From an uncultured Chloroflexia bacterium (GTDB taxonomy: Bacteria; Chloroflexota; Dehalococcoidia; DSTF01; JALHUB01): a DNA stretch of 64,000 nucleotides. Both the position numbers and the translations under genes were made by a program. Where the stretch lies: the NCBI GenBank assembly GCA_963726245.1, contig CAVSBT010000031.1, positions 1-64,000 of the forward strand. Reading direction: 5' to 3'. Positions 46,083-56,091 of the stretch are shown one piece after another. The stretch's first letter is position 1. The number at the start of each line of letters is the position of its first letter. The notes beneath the pieces are model-generated. The model was not told the DNA's origin, did no database searches, and was given only the letters and a program-made list of their open reading frames with translations.

Positions 46083-46874
46083 TTACAGCTTGCCCTGAAT
46101 CAAATAGGCGGTGTAACCGACAATCTCATAGAGCATCCCGTAGGTATCCTCCAACCCATCGCCGGAAGGAACGAAACTTTCCTTGGTTATCGGTCTGTTG
46201 TCCCTCGAAACAGAGAGCAGGTCCGGGCTCAGACCCTGCTTCCGGAAGAGCGCCGCGGCCCTCCGCATATGATTGGCCGAGGTAATGAGCAGAATCCGCT
46301 TGATGTCCTTGCTCTCGCAGTATGCCTTGACGCTTTTTGCCTCGGCCAGGGTATTGCGGACCTTGCCGTGGACTGCGATCTTTTGGGGGTCAATGCCCTG
46401 CCTTTCCAGAAGACCAAGGAGGATTTTGGTCTCGTTCACCCCTTTGATACTCACATTGCTGAGAAGAAGGGTGTCGGCCAGGCCGCTTTTTATCGCCGCA
46501 GCCCCCATAAGTATCCGCGCTGAACTCTGCCCCAGCTGCTGGTAGTCGGATACATATTTGAAGATCTCTTCTTCATTCTCCGCCGCATGTCTCACATACC
46601 ATTTATAATCAACCATCCCCCCCAGCACCACGGCGGCATCATACCTGCTATGCCGGTCCACCGTATCCGCCACCGACCATCTGGCCATAACAATCTGTGA
46701 AGTATAGGGGATACTGACGCCATAGAGGTAGACCAGAAGCAGCAACAGGCCGAAGCGTGTCCGTTCCTTCTTAAGCAGCAGAACCAGGCCAATAAAAAAT
46801 ACCGGGAAGAGCGGATTGAGAAAAAATCTGGCCACATCCTGGACGGTATAAAAAGGCATGGCAACAACCCTCAT
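46083..46874 (-). CDS. YdcF/DUF218 (ElyC-like) membrane protein
   Basis: N-terminal TMs, VVLGG, RNTLAEA, LITSANHMRRA, YEIVG. Confidence 0.85.
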   Translation of the reverse strand: MRVVAMPFYTVQDVARFFLNPLFPVFFIGLVLLLKKERTRFGLLLLLVYLYGVSIPYTSQIVMARWSVADTVDRHSRYDAAVVLGGMVDYKWYVRHAAENEEEIFKYVSDYQQLGQSSARILMGAAAIKSGLADTLLLSNVSIKGVNETKILLGLLERQGIDPQKIAVHGKVRNTLAEAKSVKAYCESKDIKRILLITSANHMRRAAALFRKQGLSPDLLSVSRDNRPITKESFVPSGDGLEDTYGMLYEIVGYTAYLIQGKL

Positions 46875-47098
46875 CGTGCATCAACAGAGAAAGCCACGTT
46901 GTAACGAAATATGACTACAGTAATAGTTATTTCTCGTCACGGCTCCTAACAGGCGGCGCGCATTTGCCGCATTCCTGTCAGGTATACCTGCAAAACTGTC
47001 CCATTACCATCCACAAAAATAAAGCTCGCTTGCCAAAAAGACCGATAAGGACATATGATAAGGACATACGTTGCGCAAGGACACCAGGAGGCAACCCA

Positions 47099-47452
47099 AT
47101 GATTTCCGGCATCCATTCGGCACTTTCCGGCCTGACCGCCATCCAGAAAAAGATTGAATCAAACGCCAATAATGTGGCCAACGTCAATACGGATGGCTAC
47201 AAAAAAACGCGGGTTACCCTGCACGAACAGGAATCACAGGGCATACAGGCTGTGGTGCAACAGATCCAGACGCCCGGGCCGATGGTGTATGAACAAACAT
47301 CCGCGGGAGACGCCCTGGTTGAAAAATCAAACGTGGAACTGGGCGAAGAGTTGCCCAGCATGATGTTAAGCCGCCGCTTTTTTCAGGCCAACCTGAAAAC
47401 CGTGCAGATCGAGGATGAAATGCTTGGAAGTCTGCTGGACATCAAGAGCTGA
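47099..47452 (+). CDS. Short flagellar basal-body rod/hook family protein (orphan)
   Basis: ALSGL..ANNVANVNTDGYK (rod N-term), SNVELGEE..FQANLKTVQ..DEMLGSLLDI (rod C-term); RBS AGGAGG. Confidence 0.85.
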   Translation: MISGIHSALSGLTAIQKKIESNANNVANVNTDGYKKTRVTLHEQESQGIQAVVQQIQTPGPMVYEQTSAGDALVEKSNVELGEELPSMMLSRRFFQANLKTVQIEDEMLGSLLDIKS

Positions 47453-48743
47453 AAGGGTTTTCCTGCCAGGTTATCCTGCCGCCCATGATGGTCAACACCG
47501 CCTTTCCCTGCAGCTCCCAGCCAAGAAAGGGAGAGTTCCTGCTCTTGGACTGAATACTCTCCTCGGTAAAAACAAACTTCTTCTCTGGATCAATTACCGC
47601 TATATCCGCCGGTGCGCCCACAGAAAGCGTCCCGCCGGGCACCCCGAGAATCCTTGCCGGATTCACCGAAAGCAGCTCCACCATCCGCCGGGCATCAAGC
47701 TGATTTTCCCGAACAAGTTGCAAGGTTAAAGGCACTGCTGTTTCCAGGCCGATTATGCCGTTGGCCGCCAGATCAAACTCCATATCCTTGTCAAGCTCGC
47801 CATGCGGCGCATGATCCGTGGCAATGGCGTCAAGGGTTCCGTCCCGCAAAGCCTCCCGGACCGCAGCAACATCCGCCTCGGTTCGCAGGGGAGGATTCAT
47901 TTTCGCCAGGGTGTTATAGCCATCCACCGCCATCTCGGTGAGGGTAAAATAATGGGGCGCTGTTTCCGCAGTAACGGCCACCCCTTTCTCCTTGGCCCTC
48001 CTGATCAAAGCCAACGACTCCCTCGTACTGACGTGGGCGATATGGATGGGCCGCCCGGTAAATTCGGCCAGGGCCAGATCGCGATAGACCATGATTTCTT
48101 CGGCGACATGGGGGATGCCCCGCAGGCCAAGCCGGGTGGCCAGCGCTCCATCGTTCATCGCGCCACTGTGACTGAGCGTCATCTCCTCGGCATGGGAAAT
48201 AACCAACAAATCGTGATTGCCCGCATACTCAAGGGCGCGGCGCATGAGCTGACTGTTGCCCACCGGCAGGCCATCATCGGTTACGGCAACCGCCCCGGCC
48301 TGACGCAGTTCGCCAAACTCGGCAAGTTGTTCCCCATTGCTGCCGCTGCTGATCGCCCCCACCGGGTAGACCCTGGCAAAACCGGCTTCCGCCGCCTTTG
48401 CCAGAATGAATACGGTCACGGTCTGATTGTCATTGACCGGTTTGGTGTTCGGCATGGCCGCCACGGCGGTAAAGCCCCCCGCCGCGGCAGCGCGGGTTCC
48501 CGTTGCGATGGTTTCCTTGTACTCCTGGCCTGGTTCACGCAGATGCACATGCATGTCGATCAGCCCCGGCACCACCCACTTCCCCGCCAGGTCATAAACA
48601 ATGCCCCCTGTCTGCTCGGGAAGAGAGCCTGGCTGGGCCACCGCGCTTATCCTGCCATCGACGATCAACACATCTTGGATCTGATCAATCCCGTTCACCG
48701 GATCAATCACGCGCCCATTCTTTAAGAAAATAAGTCCGGGCAT
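47442..48743 (-). CDS. pyrC: Dihydroorotase
   Basis: DMHVHLREPG, MPNTKP, HAEE, HIAHVST, KMNPPLR, ATDHAPH. Confidence 0.96.
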   Translation of the reverse strand: MPGLIFLKNGRVIDPVNGIDQIQDVLIVDGRISAVAQPGSLPEQTGGIVYDLAGKWVVPGLIDMHVHLREPGQEYKETIATGTRAAAAGGFTAVAAMPNTKPVNDNQTVTVFILAKAAEAGFARVYPVGAISSGSNGEQLAEFGELRQAGAVAVTDDGLPVGNSQLMRRALEYAGNHDLLVISHAEEMTLSHSGAMNDGALATRLGLRGIPHVAEEIMVYRDLALAEFTGRPIHIAHVSTRESLALIRRAKEKGVAVTAETAPHYFTLTEMAVDGYNTLAKMNPPLRTEADVAAVREALRDGTLDAIATDHAPHGELDKDMEFDLAANGIIGLETAVPLTLQLVRENQLDARRMVELLSVNPARILGVPGGTLSVGAPADIAVIDPEKKFVFTEESIQSKSRNSPFLGWELQGKAVLTIMGGRITWQENPFSS

Positions 48744-48744
48744 G

Positions 48745-49677
48745 CTAATCGCCTCCCATTATCAGATAAAGCAAAGCCATCCGCACAGCCACCCCGTTGG
48801 TAACCTGCTCCAGAATCACCGAACGGCTGCCATCGGCAAGCTTGGGATCGAGCTCAACCCCCCGGTTTATCGGGCCGGGGTGCATGATGATCGCCTCCGG
48901 TTTGGCGGCGTCCGCCACCTTTTGCGAAACTCCAAAAAATTTCGCATATTCCCGCAGGGATGGGAACAGTGGATCCTGCTGACGCTCTTTCTGAATCCGC
49001 AGGGCCATGATCACATCGGCCCCATCAACAGCCTCCATCACGGTCCGGCTGACCTGGGCGCCCAACTCCTCAATGCCGGGAGGGATCAGCGTCGCCGGAC
49101 CGCTCACCGTAACGGACGCCCCCATCTTGGAAAAACCGATGATATTTGAATGCGCCACCCGGCTGTGGGCTATATCGCCAATAATGGCGATTTTGAGCCC
49201 CGCGATCCCGCCCTTGGCTTCCCGGACCGTCATCAGGTCGAGGAGACCCTGGCTTGGATGCTCGTGGGTTCCGTCCCCGGCATTGATCACGGAGGCGTTG
49301 ATATGATCGGCCAGCAGGCGAGCCGAGCCTGAGCGGGGATGCCGGAGGATGATGCAGTCCGGATTCATGGCGGCGAGATTCCGCGCGGTGTCAATGAGGG
49401 TTTCCCCCTTCACCGTGCTGCTGCCCGAGTTGGAGATATTAAAGGTGTCCGCGCTCATGCGCTTTGCGGCAACTTCAAAGGAAAGACGGGTCCGGGTGCT
49501 TGGCTCAAAGAAAAAATTGATGATGGTTTTGCCGCGGAGGGTCGGGACTTTTTTTATGGATCGGGAAGAAATTTCCTTAAACGATTCTGCGGTCTGCAAA
49601 ACGGCCTGAATATCTTCCGCGGAAAAATCGGCAAGCCCAAGGACATGTTTGTGGCTGAATCGGTACTCGGGATCCAT
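48745..49677 (-). CDS. pyrB: Aspartate carbamoyltransferase catalytic subunit
   Basis: FFEPSTRTRLSFE, NAGDGTHEHPSQ, HSRVA, LRIQKER, MHPGPINRG. Confidence 0.97.
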   Translation of the reverse strand: MDPEYRFSHKHVLGLADFSAEDIQAVLQTAESFKEISSRSIKKVPTLRGKTIINFFFEPSTRTRLSFEVAAKRMSADTFNISNSGSSTVKGETLIDTARNLAAMNPDCIILRHPRSGSARLLADHINASVINAGDGTHEHPSQGLLDLMTVREAKGGIAGLKIAIIGDIAHSRVAHSNIIGFSKMGASVTVSGPATLIPPGIEELGAQVSRTVMEAVDGADVIMALRIQKERQQDPLFPSLREYAKFFGVSQKVADAAKPEAIIMHPGPINRGVELDPKLADGSRSVILEQVTNGVAVRMALLYLIMGGD

Positions 49678-49900
49678 ACGATTCTTTCCGTGAAAATATC
49701 AGCGCGACCGGTGGGGAGATCCCGTACGCTAAAATTATGAGGAGTAACGCCGCATCAATTCAGAATAGAAAAAACGGGCGCCATTGGTCCAGAACTTTTT
49801 TAAGAGCCGTTACGAAATAACTATTCCGTAACCATTCCGTTACGGCTCCTCATCGCCGTTAACAGCAGCGTAAGCACCGCTGCTATTTTTGAACAACGGC

Positions 49901-50521
49901 TTAAGGAATTATTTTGCCAAGCCGACTCCAGCGCACCGTGAAATTTGCACTGTCCCATGACCAGTACAGCATAAAAGCCTTGCCCCTGATGGCCTTGAGA
50001 TCAACAAATCCCCAGAATCGGCTGTCGTGGCTGTTGTCACGGTTATCCCCCATGACAAAGACGGAGCCGGGCGGCACGGTTATCGGCGCCATATTGTCTC
50101 TGGGAGAAGGAAGAACCTCCGCCTCCAGATTCACGGCGTTTGGCTCCACAAAAGGCTCTCCGTTGACAAATACCTTTTTGCGCACAATTTCAACCCGGTC
50201 CCCGGCAACCCCCACAACCCGCTTGATAAAATCCTGGGAAGGGTTTTGCGGATACTTGAAAACAATGACATCATGCCGCTGGGGATCACCCACGGCGATC
50301 CAGGCGGCCCCGCTCAGTGGGTTTTTCACGCCATAGCCAAATTTGTTGACCAGGATGTGATCGCCAACCAGCAAGGTGGGAATCATGGAACCGGAAGGGA
50401 TTTTGAAAGCCTGCACCACAAAAGTTCTGATGAAAAATGCAAGCAGCAAGGCAATAATGATTGCCTCGGCATATTCACGCACAACAGATTTTCCCATGAC
50501 CTTGCCAGAAGTTTTCTTCAA
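49901..50521 (-). CDS. lepB: Signal peptidase I
   Basis: FKIPSGSMIPTLLVGD, DFIKRVVG, GDNRDNSHDSRFWG. Confidence 0.95.
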   Translation of the reverse strand: MKKTSGKVMGKSVVREYAEAIIIALLLAFFIRTFVVQAFKIPSGSMIPTLLVGDHILVNKFGYGVKNPLSGAAWIAVGDPQRHDVIVFKYPQNPSQDFIKRVVGVAGDRVEIVRKKVFVNGEPFVEPNAVNLEAEVLPSPRDNMAPITVPPGSVFVMGDNRDNSHDSRFWGFVDLKAIRGKAFMLYWSWDSANFTVRWSRLGKIIP

Positions 50522-51000
50522 CACGTTTGATCCTCGTCTCGCAATCTGTTCATCCAGGGAATACAAGAGCCATCCAGCGGCAGGCCCGTCACCCGGAAAG
50601 GTGGCCACAAAATAAGCGAAGACCGAAATAAATACAAGGGGCGGAATGCGCTCTGGCCAAGAAATTCTCTGAATTCCGGCCCATAATAATCCTGAATTAT
50701 TCCCAGAAGTACGAACCACATGTAGTGGCAACCATTTATGAAAAACACAACATATCGATATTTTTAAGTTTTTTCTGACCAGCCATTCCCCTAGCTCTCC
50801 CTTCAATTACTCAATTTTTATGAGAAAAATCCACGATCTATCGCTTACTTTATTCTTGACACCATGTTTTTTTTGTGTCTCTAATGCAATTAAATAGATG
50901 AAATTATAATCACCAAGCGCAGTTAGAAAGTATTCCGCGCGGCAACCGATAGTCGGCCTGCGGATGTGCACAGCCAGAAAATCTTGGTCACGGGGAGCTC

Positions 51001-52098
51001 ATGGGCAAATCCGGTTTCAAAAAATTACAATTGCCATCCTTGCATATCCCTTTTCTCAAAAGGCAAACACTCTCCATCGGCCTTGATATTGGCTCCCATG
51101 CCGTGAAGATCTGTGAACTGGCGGAAACGGGCAACGGCTATCAGCTCGTAGCCCTGGGAAGCGCCCTGCTTCCCCCCGATTCTCTTGAAGACGGCGCCTT
51201 GCAGGATCCGGAGGCCGTGGGCAAGGTCATCACCTCTCTGGTCAGCAATCTGAAAATCAAGAACAAAAAGGTCGCCATCTCCATTTCAGGATACTCCGTC
51301 ATCGTCAAAAAAATAAATCTGGCGGTGATGACCGAAGAGGAGCTTGAAAAACACATCGAATCAGAGGCGGAGCAGTATATCCCGTTCGATATTGAAGACG
51401 TCTATCTGGATTTCCAGGATCTGAAAACGAACACCGCGACCGAAGACCGCACGGATGTCATGCTGGTTGCGGCCAAACGGGATGTCGTGGACGGATATCT
51501 CAACATGTTGCGGGCGGCAGGCCTCCAGCCGGTTGTCGTTGACGTGGATGCCTTTGCCCTGGAAAACGCCTTTGAGGCAAATTTTAGCCTGGCGGACAAT
51601 GTCGCCCTGGTGGATATTGGCGCCTCAAAAATGAACATCAATATCATCTCCCATGGCTCTTCAATTCTGGCCCGAGACGTTGTCCTCGGCAGCCGACAGT
51701 TGACCGAACAGATAGAAAATCTTTTTGGGGTCAGCTTTGAAGAGGCAGAGGCCTTGAAAACGGGGGAAATTGTCTCTAAAGAAAAGCAGGAAGAGCTTGA
51801 AGCCCTTTTTGCTAATACCTGCAGTCAGTGGGTAACAGAGGTAAAACGCGCCATTGATTTTTATTATTCCAATCATCCGGACGAAACGATTTCAAAAATT
51901 GTCCTGAGCGGTGGCGGTGCAAAAATACAGGGCCTTACCGAGTTTTTTGAAAAAGAGACCGATATCCCTGTCGAAATTTTCAACCCTTTCAAGCAAGCGG
52001 CGGTGGATAGCAGAACCATCGATCCTTCCTATCTGAAAAGCATTGCTCCGGAAATGACCCTTGCTGCCGGTCTGGCAACAAGGCCGGTGGAGGTATAG
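51001..52098 (+). CDS. pilM: Type IV pilus assembly protein PilM
   Basis: IGLDIGSHAVK, EAEQYIPF, DVMLVAAK, VDIGA, LSGGGA. Confidence 0.95.
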   Translation: MGKSGFKKLQLPSLHIPFLKRQTLSIGLDIGSHAVKICELAETGNGYQLVALGSALLPPDSLEDGALQDPEAVGKVITSLVSNLKIKNKKVAISISGYSVIVKKINLAVMTEEELEKHIESEAEQYIPFDIEDVYLDFQDLKTNTATEDRTDVMLVAAKRDVVDGYLNMLRAAGLQPVVVDVDAFALENAFEANFSLADNVALVDIGASKMNINIISHGSSILARDVVLGSRQLTEQIENLFGVSFEEAEALKTGEIVSKEKQEELEALFANTCSQWVTEVKRAIDFYYSNHPDETISKIVLSGGGAKIQGLTEFFEKETDIPVEIFNPFKQAAVDSRTIDPSYLKSIAPEMTLAAGLATRPVEV

Positions 52099-52102
52099 CC
52101 GC

Positions 52103-52654
52103 ATGATCCGCATCAACCTCCTGCCGATCAGGCAGCTAAAAAAAAGACAACGACTGAAGACCGAGCTTCTGGGGTTTTCCGCCGTCCTTGTTCTGGTCTT
52201 GCTTGTTCTTGCTGTCGGCTGGTTTGCCTTGGCCGGAAAAATTACCAACCTAAAGGATGAGCTTGTTGCGCTTGAGAAAAAAAAGCAGTCATACCAGCCC
52301 ATCATGAAACAGATTGACACCCTGAAAAAAGAGAAGCAGATGGTGGAACAGAAGCTGGACTCCATAAAAAAACTCCAGGCCGGCGCCCAGGTTACGGTGC
52401 GCGTCCTTGACGAGGTGGCCTCACGCACCCCGACAAGCCGCATGTGGCTCAACTCCCTGCAACAGTCCGCCGGACGCTTGCAGCTGCAAGGCATTGCCCT
52501 GGATAACGAAACCATTGCCCAATACATGCAGCAACTGGAAGCCTCCGAGTATTTTGAAAAGACGGAATTGACCAGTTCTGCGCAGACGGACGTTGCCAAG
52601 CAGAAGCTGAAATCTTTTGCTCTCACAATAAATGTTATCGTACCGAACAGTTAA
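52103..52654 (+). CDS. pilN: Type IV pilus assembly protein PilN
   Basis: MIRINLLP motif, single TM, coiled coil. Confidence 0.93.
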   Translation: MIRINLLPIRQLKKRQRLKTELLGFSAVLVLVLLVLAVGWFALAGKITNLKDELVALEKKKQSYQPIMKQIDTLKKEKQMVEQKLDSIKKLQAGAQVTVRVLDEVASRTPTSRMWLNSLQQSAGRLQLQGIALDNETIAQYMQQLEASEYFEKTELTSSAQTDVAKQKLKSFALTINVIVPNS

Positions 52655-52674
52655 TACCTTGGGCGGGAGAAGCC

Positions 52675-53325
52675 ATGGCGCTTGACATAAAAAAAATCCA
52701 GGCGGGCCTTGAGAAGTTTCTCGACAGCAAGGTAAGCCGGATTGAGATGAAGCAAAAGATGCTGATCGCCGCGGCAGCCTGCATCCTGCCATGCGTGGCC
52801 TTCTTTTTTCTTGCCTATTCCCCGAAAACCAGCGAGATAAAAACCCTTGAAACAAAAAAGGCCGGAATCGAAGAGGAAATCCGAAAAGTAGAAAAAATCG
52901 CCAGCGACCTTGACAAACACAAGGCGGAAATGGCTGAGGTTCAACGGTTGTTTTCCGAGGCATCCCTATTGCTGCCCGATCAAAAAGAAATCCCCTCGCT
53001 CCTGGCCACCATTTCCGGGCAGGCCACCTCTTCAGGCCTGGATGTTCTTTCCTTCAAACCGCTTGCCGAAAAACCACAGCAATTTTACGCGGAAATTCCG
53101 GTGGATATCGCGGTGCAGGGACCATACCATGATGTGGGCGTTTTTCTTGACAAGATCAGCAAGCTCCCCCGTGTTGTCTCCGTAAACAATATCAAAATGG
53201 ATTCCCCCAAACAGACGGGCGGAGTAATGATCCTGAATTCAACATTTCAACTTGTCACCTACCGCTTTCTCGATCCGGCCGAAGTTGCGGCCAGCGCGAA
53301 TAAAAATGTAAAAGGAAAGAAGTAA
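52675..53325 (+). CDS. pilO: Type IV pilus assembly protein PilO
   Basis: LPDQKEIPSLL, FYAEIPV, GPYHDVGVFLDKISKLPRVV. Confidence 0.93.
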   Translation: MALDIKKIQAGLEKFLDSKVSRIEMKQKMLIAAAACILPCVAFFFLAYSPKTSEIKTLETKKAGIEEEIRKVEKIASDLDKHKAEMAEVQRLFSEASLLLPDQKEIPSLLATISGQATSSGLDVLSFKPLAEKPQQFYAEIPVDIAVQGPYHDVGVFLDKISKLPRVVSVNNIKMDSPKQTGGVMILNSTFQLVTYRFLDPAEVAASANKNVKGKK

Positions 53326-53393
53326 CAGGTCTGCGACACGAAATTAAAGGGTTACAGAGCGATAACCGTTGCCTTCGGCGAGAACCACTCATC

Positions 53394-53919
53394 ATGATGA
53401 ACAGCGTGTACTCAAAAAAATTCTTCCTCGCGCTTGCCCTTACTGGAAGCATGTGCTGTGTGGGCGCATGGGAGACAGCCTCTGCCCAGACCGAGACTGT
53501 CTCGCCCAGGCGTCATCACCGATCCGGTCCAGGCTTTGGAAACAGCCCTTGCAAGCGGACAACCGCCGCCTTTTGTGTATAATCGCGAAAGACCCGATCC
53601 CTTTTTCCCATTTCTCACCCAGGAAATCATGAAGGCGGATGCCAAGGCCAAGGCCGAACTGACGGGGACACAAAAATTTGAACCAGCCCAGTTGACCCTG
53701 GTTGCCATCGTTTCCGGCAAGCGAGGATTACTGGCCATGGTGCAGGATTCCTCCGGCATTGGCTATGTGCTCCGCAAGGGCACAAAAATTGGGGAGACGG
53801 GAGAAGTTATACAGATTGCCCAAGACAAGGTAATCATCGAGCAATCACTGAAAAATGTGACCGGTGAACGCACATCCCGCAAAATTGAGATGATCTTAAG
53901 CAAAGAGGGAGAAAAATAA
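53394..53919 (+). CDS. pilP: Pilus assembly protein PilP (one frameshift)
   Basis: Signal peptide; RPDPFFP, LTLVAIV, AMVQDSSGIGY..GTKIG. Confidence 0.85.
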
Positions 53920-56020
53920 TGACACCCCTTATTACCCGCCTGAAATGTATCTCTGCCGGGCTGATGATATTCTGTTTTCTTTTGACCGGGACAACCTTTG
54001 CGCAAAAGACCGCATCCCAGACAAAAACGACCTACACAATATCAGGCATTACCCTTGACCAGACTGCCGATGGCTTGCAGCTAATTATCCAGGGGCGAAC
54101 ACCACCCACCTACACCATGTATGAACTCTTCGATCCCCTGCGGATCGTGCTGGACATTGCCGACGCAAGACTCATTGACTCCGCGGCGATTCCGGGAAAT
54201 CTGCCGCAGGGGCCGGTGCAGGAGATTAAAAATATCGCCTTGACCGATCAGGATCCGGCCATAGCCCGGCTGGAGATATATCTCTCCGACGACCCGGCCT
54301 ACACCATCGAAAGAAAGGGGAACAATATTGTCGTCAGTTTTGCAAAGACAATGCCCATGCCCCCCCAACTCACGCAGGCGGCACCCGAATCTGAAGTGGA
54401 ACAGCAGCCATCAACCATTGCCCGCCCGCCCGCTTCTCCGGCATCCATGCTCCAGGACATTGAGATTGACACCACCAACCCGCGCGAGACCCTCGTCTTT
54501 ATTAAAACGAACGGACCGATCACTGATTTCCAGAAGGCCCATCTCGTTAAGAGCGGTGGTCTGCCCAGCCAGAATGTATATTGACATTGCCAATGTCGCG
54601 CTGCCCGGAAAAATGCTGCAACACACGGTTGGAACTGCCTTGGCAAAAATCCGTGCTGCCCAGCGCAATTCAGCGGTTCGCATCGTTTTTGATTCCGGTC
54701 TCAAGGAGCTGTTCACCTATGAGGTGGAAAACAGACCCGATGGTTTGCTGGTAAAGATTGCCGAACCTACCCCTCCTGTTGCCGCACCCATCGTGGCAGG
54801 CCTCAAGAAGCAGAGTCCGCCCAAAAAAATAGAAGCCCCGCAACCTGAGAGCAAAAATGCTTCCCTTGCAGCCTGAACCTGCTCCTTCCCTGCCCGCAAA
54901 GGTTACACTTCCTGAGGCGCCTGCCGCTCCTGAGCCGGAAGCCATCGCTCCGGAGCTGATCGTTCCTAACTTCACCAGCGCAAAAACAAAACCAAAATCC
55001 GTTGCCACCAAACCGTCCCAGGAGCCACGGCCAGCCCAGGCAGCCGCTCCCGTTACATCCCAGAAGTCTTCAGAGAAAACCAGCAAGGCGGACTCCTTTG
55101 CCTTCGCGGGATATGAAAAACAGAAAATCACCGTGGATTTCTTTAAAATTGATCTCCACAATGTGTTCAGGCTGTTCGGTGAAATAAGCGGCCAGAATAT
55201 TGTCGTTGACGAAGGGGTTAACGGCACCCTCACCCTTGCGCTTAACGATATTCCTTGGGACTTTGCCCTGGACATCATCCTCAACCTCAAGGAACTCCAG
55301 AAAGAGGAACGGTTCAACACCATCGTCATCTCGCCAAAATCCAAACAGTTCCAATGGCCGAAAGCCGCCACGGATGCAATTGCCGTCAAGGGAGGCGAAA
55401 AGATTGAGGCCATCTCCGTAAAACAGCGCCTGGAGACGCCCAAAGGGGTTATCGAAGCGAAAACCCTCATCCAGCAAGCCACTGCCGCCGAAAAAAGCGG
55501 CCAACTCGAGAAGGCCTTGTCTCTCTATGAAACGGCCTTCGGCAACTGGCCTGAAAATGCCCAGCTCGCAAGCCGCATCGCCTCGCTCTGCCTTACCCAG
55601 TTGGGGATGAATGCCAAGGCCGTGCACTATGCCAAGGCAACGCTGACCCTTGAACCAGCCAACGCAGGGGCCGCCTTACAGGCTGCCATTGGCTCGGCCA
55701 ACATGAAAAAAACAGAAGCGGCCAAAACATACTTTGACTTGGCCATCAGCGGGGAAACGCCTCCCAGCGAAGCGCTGATCAGCTACGCTTCCTTTGCCGA
55801 AGAGTACCAGAGTTACAATGGCGCTATGGCGTTGCTTGCAAGACATGAGGCTTTGTTCGGGGATACCCTGGACACCTTGGTGGCCAAGGCCCGCATTCTT
55901 GACAAACTTGGGCATTCCGCCCAGGCCGTCGCGGCATACAATGCGGTTTTGCTTTCAGGGTACACGGTGCCGGAAGATTTGCAGCAGTTCATCAAAGGAA
56001 GAATTGCCGCAGCAAATTAA
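53919..56020 (+). CDS. PilQ-like periplasmic protein: AMIN-AMIN-Pro linker-STN/N0-TPR, lacking the secretin barrel (two frameshifts)
   Basis: DPLRIVLDI and PARMYIDI AMIN motifs; KITVDFFKIDLHNVFRLFGEISGQNIVVDEGVNGTLTLALNDIPWDFALDIIL (PilQ N0); then helical TPR-like repeats to the stop. Confidence 0.75.
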
Positions 56021-56091
56021 CTTACAGGTTGAGGCGTTTTCGGTTTTTACCTGAAATTTCTTTCACCTCAAAAAAGTATAAAGATGCCATC

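Noticed and set aside
50900-51000. c-di-GMP riboswitch upstream of pilM
   Set aside because: Some pairing potential, but GEMM-I/II consensus elements are not recognisable
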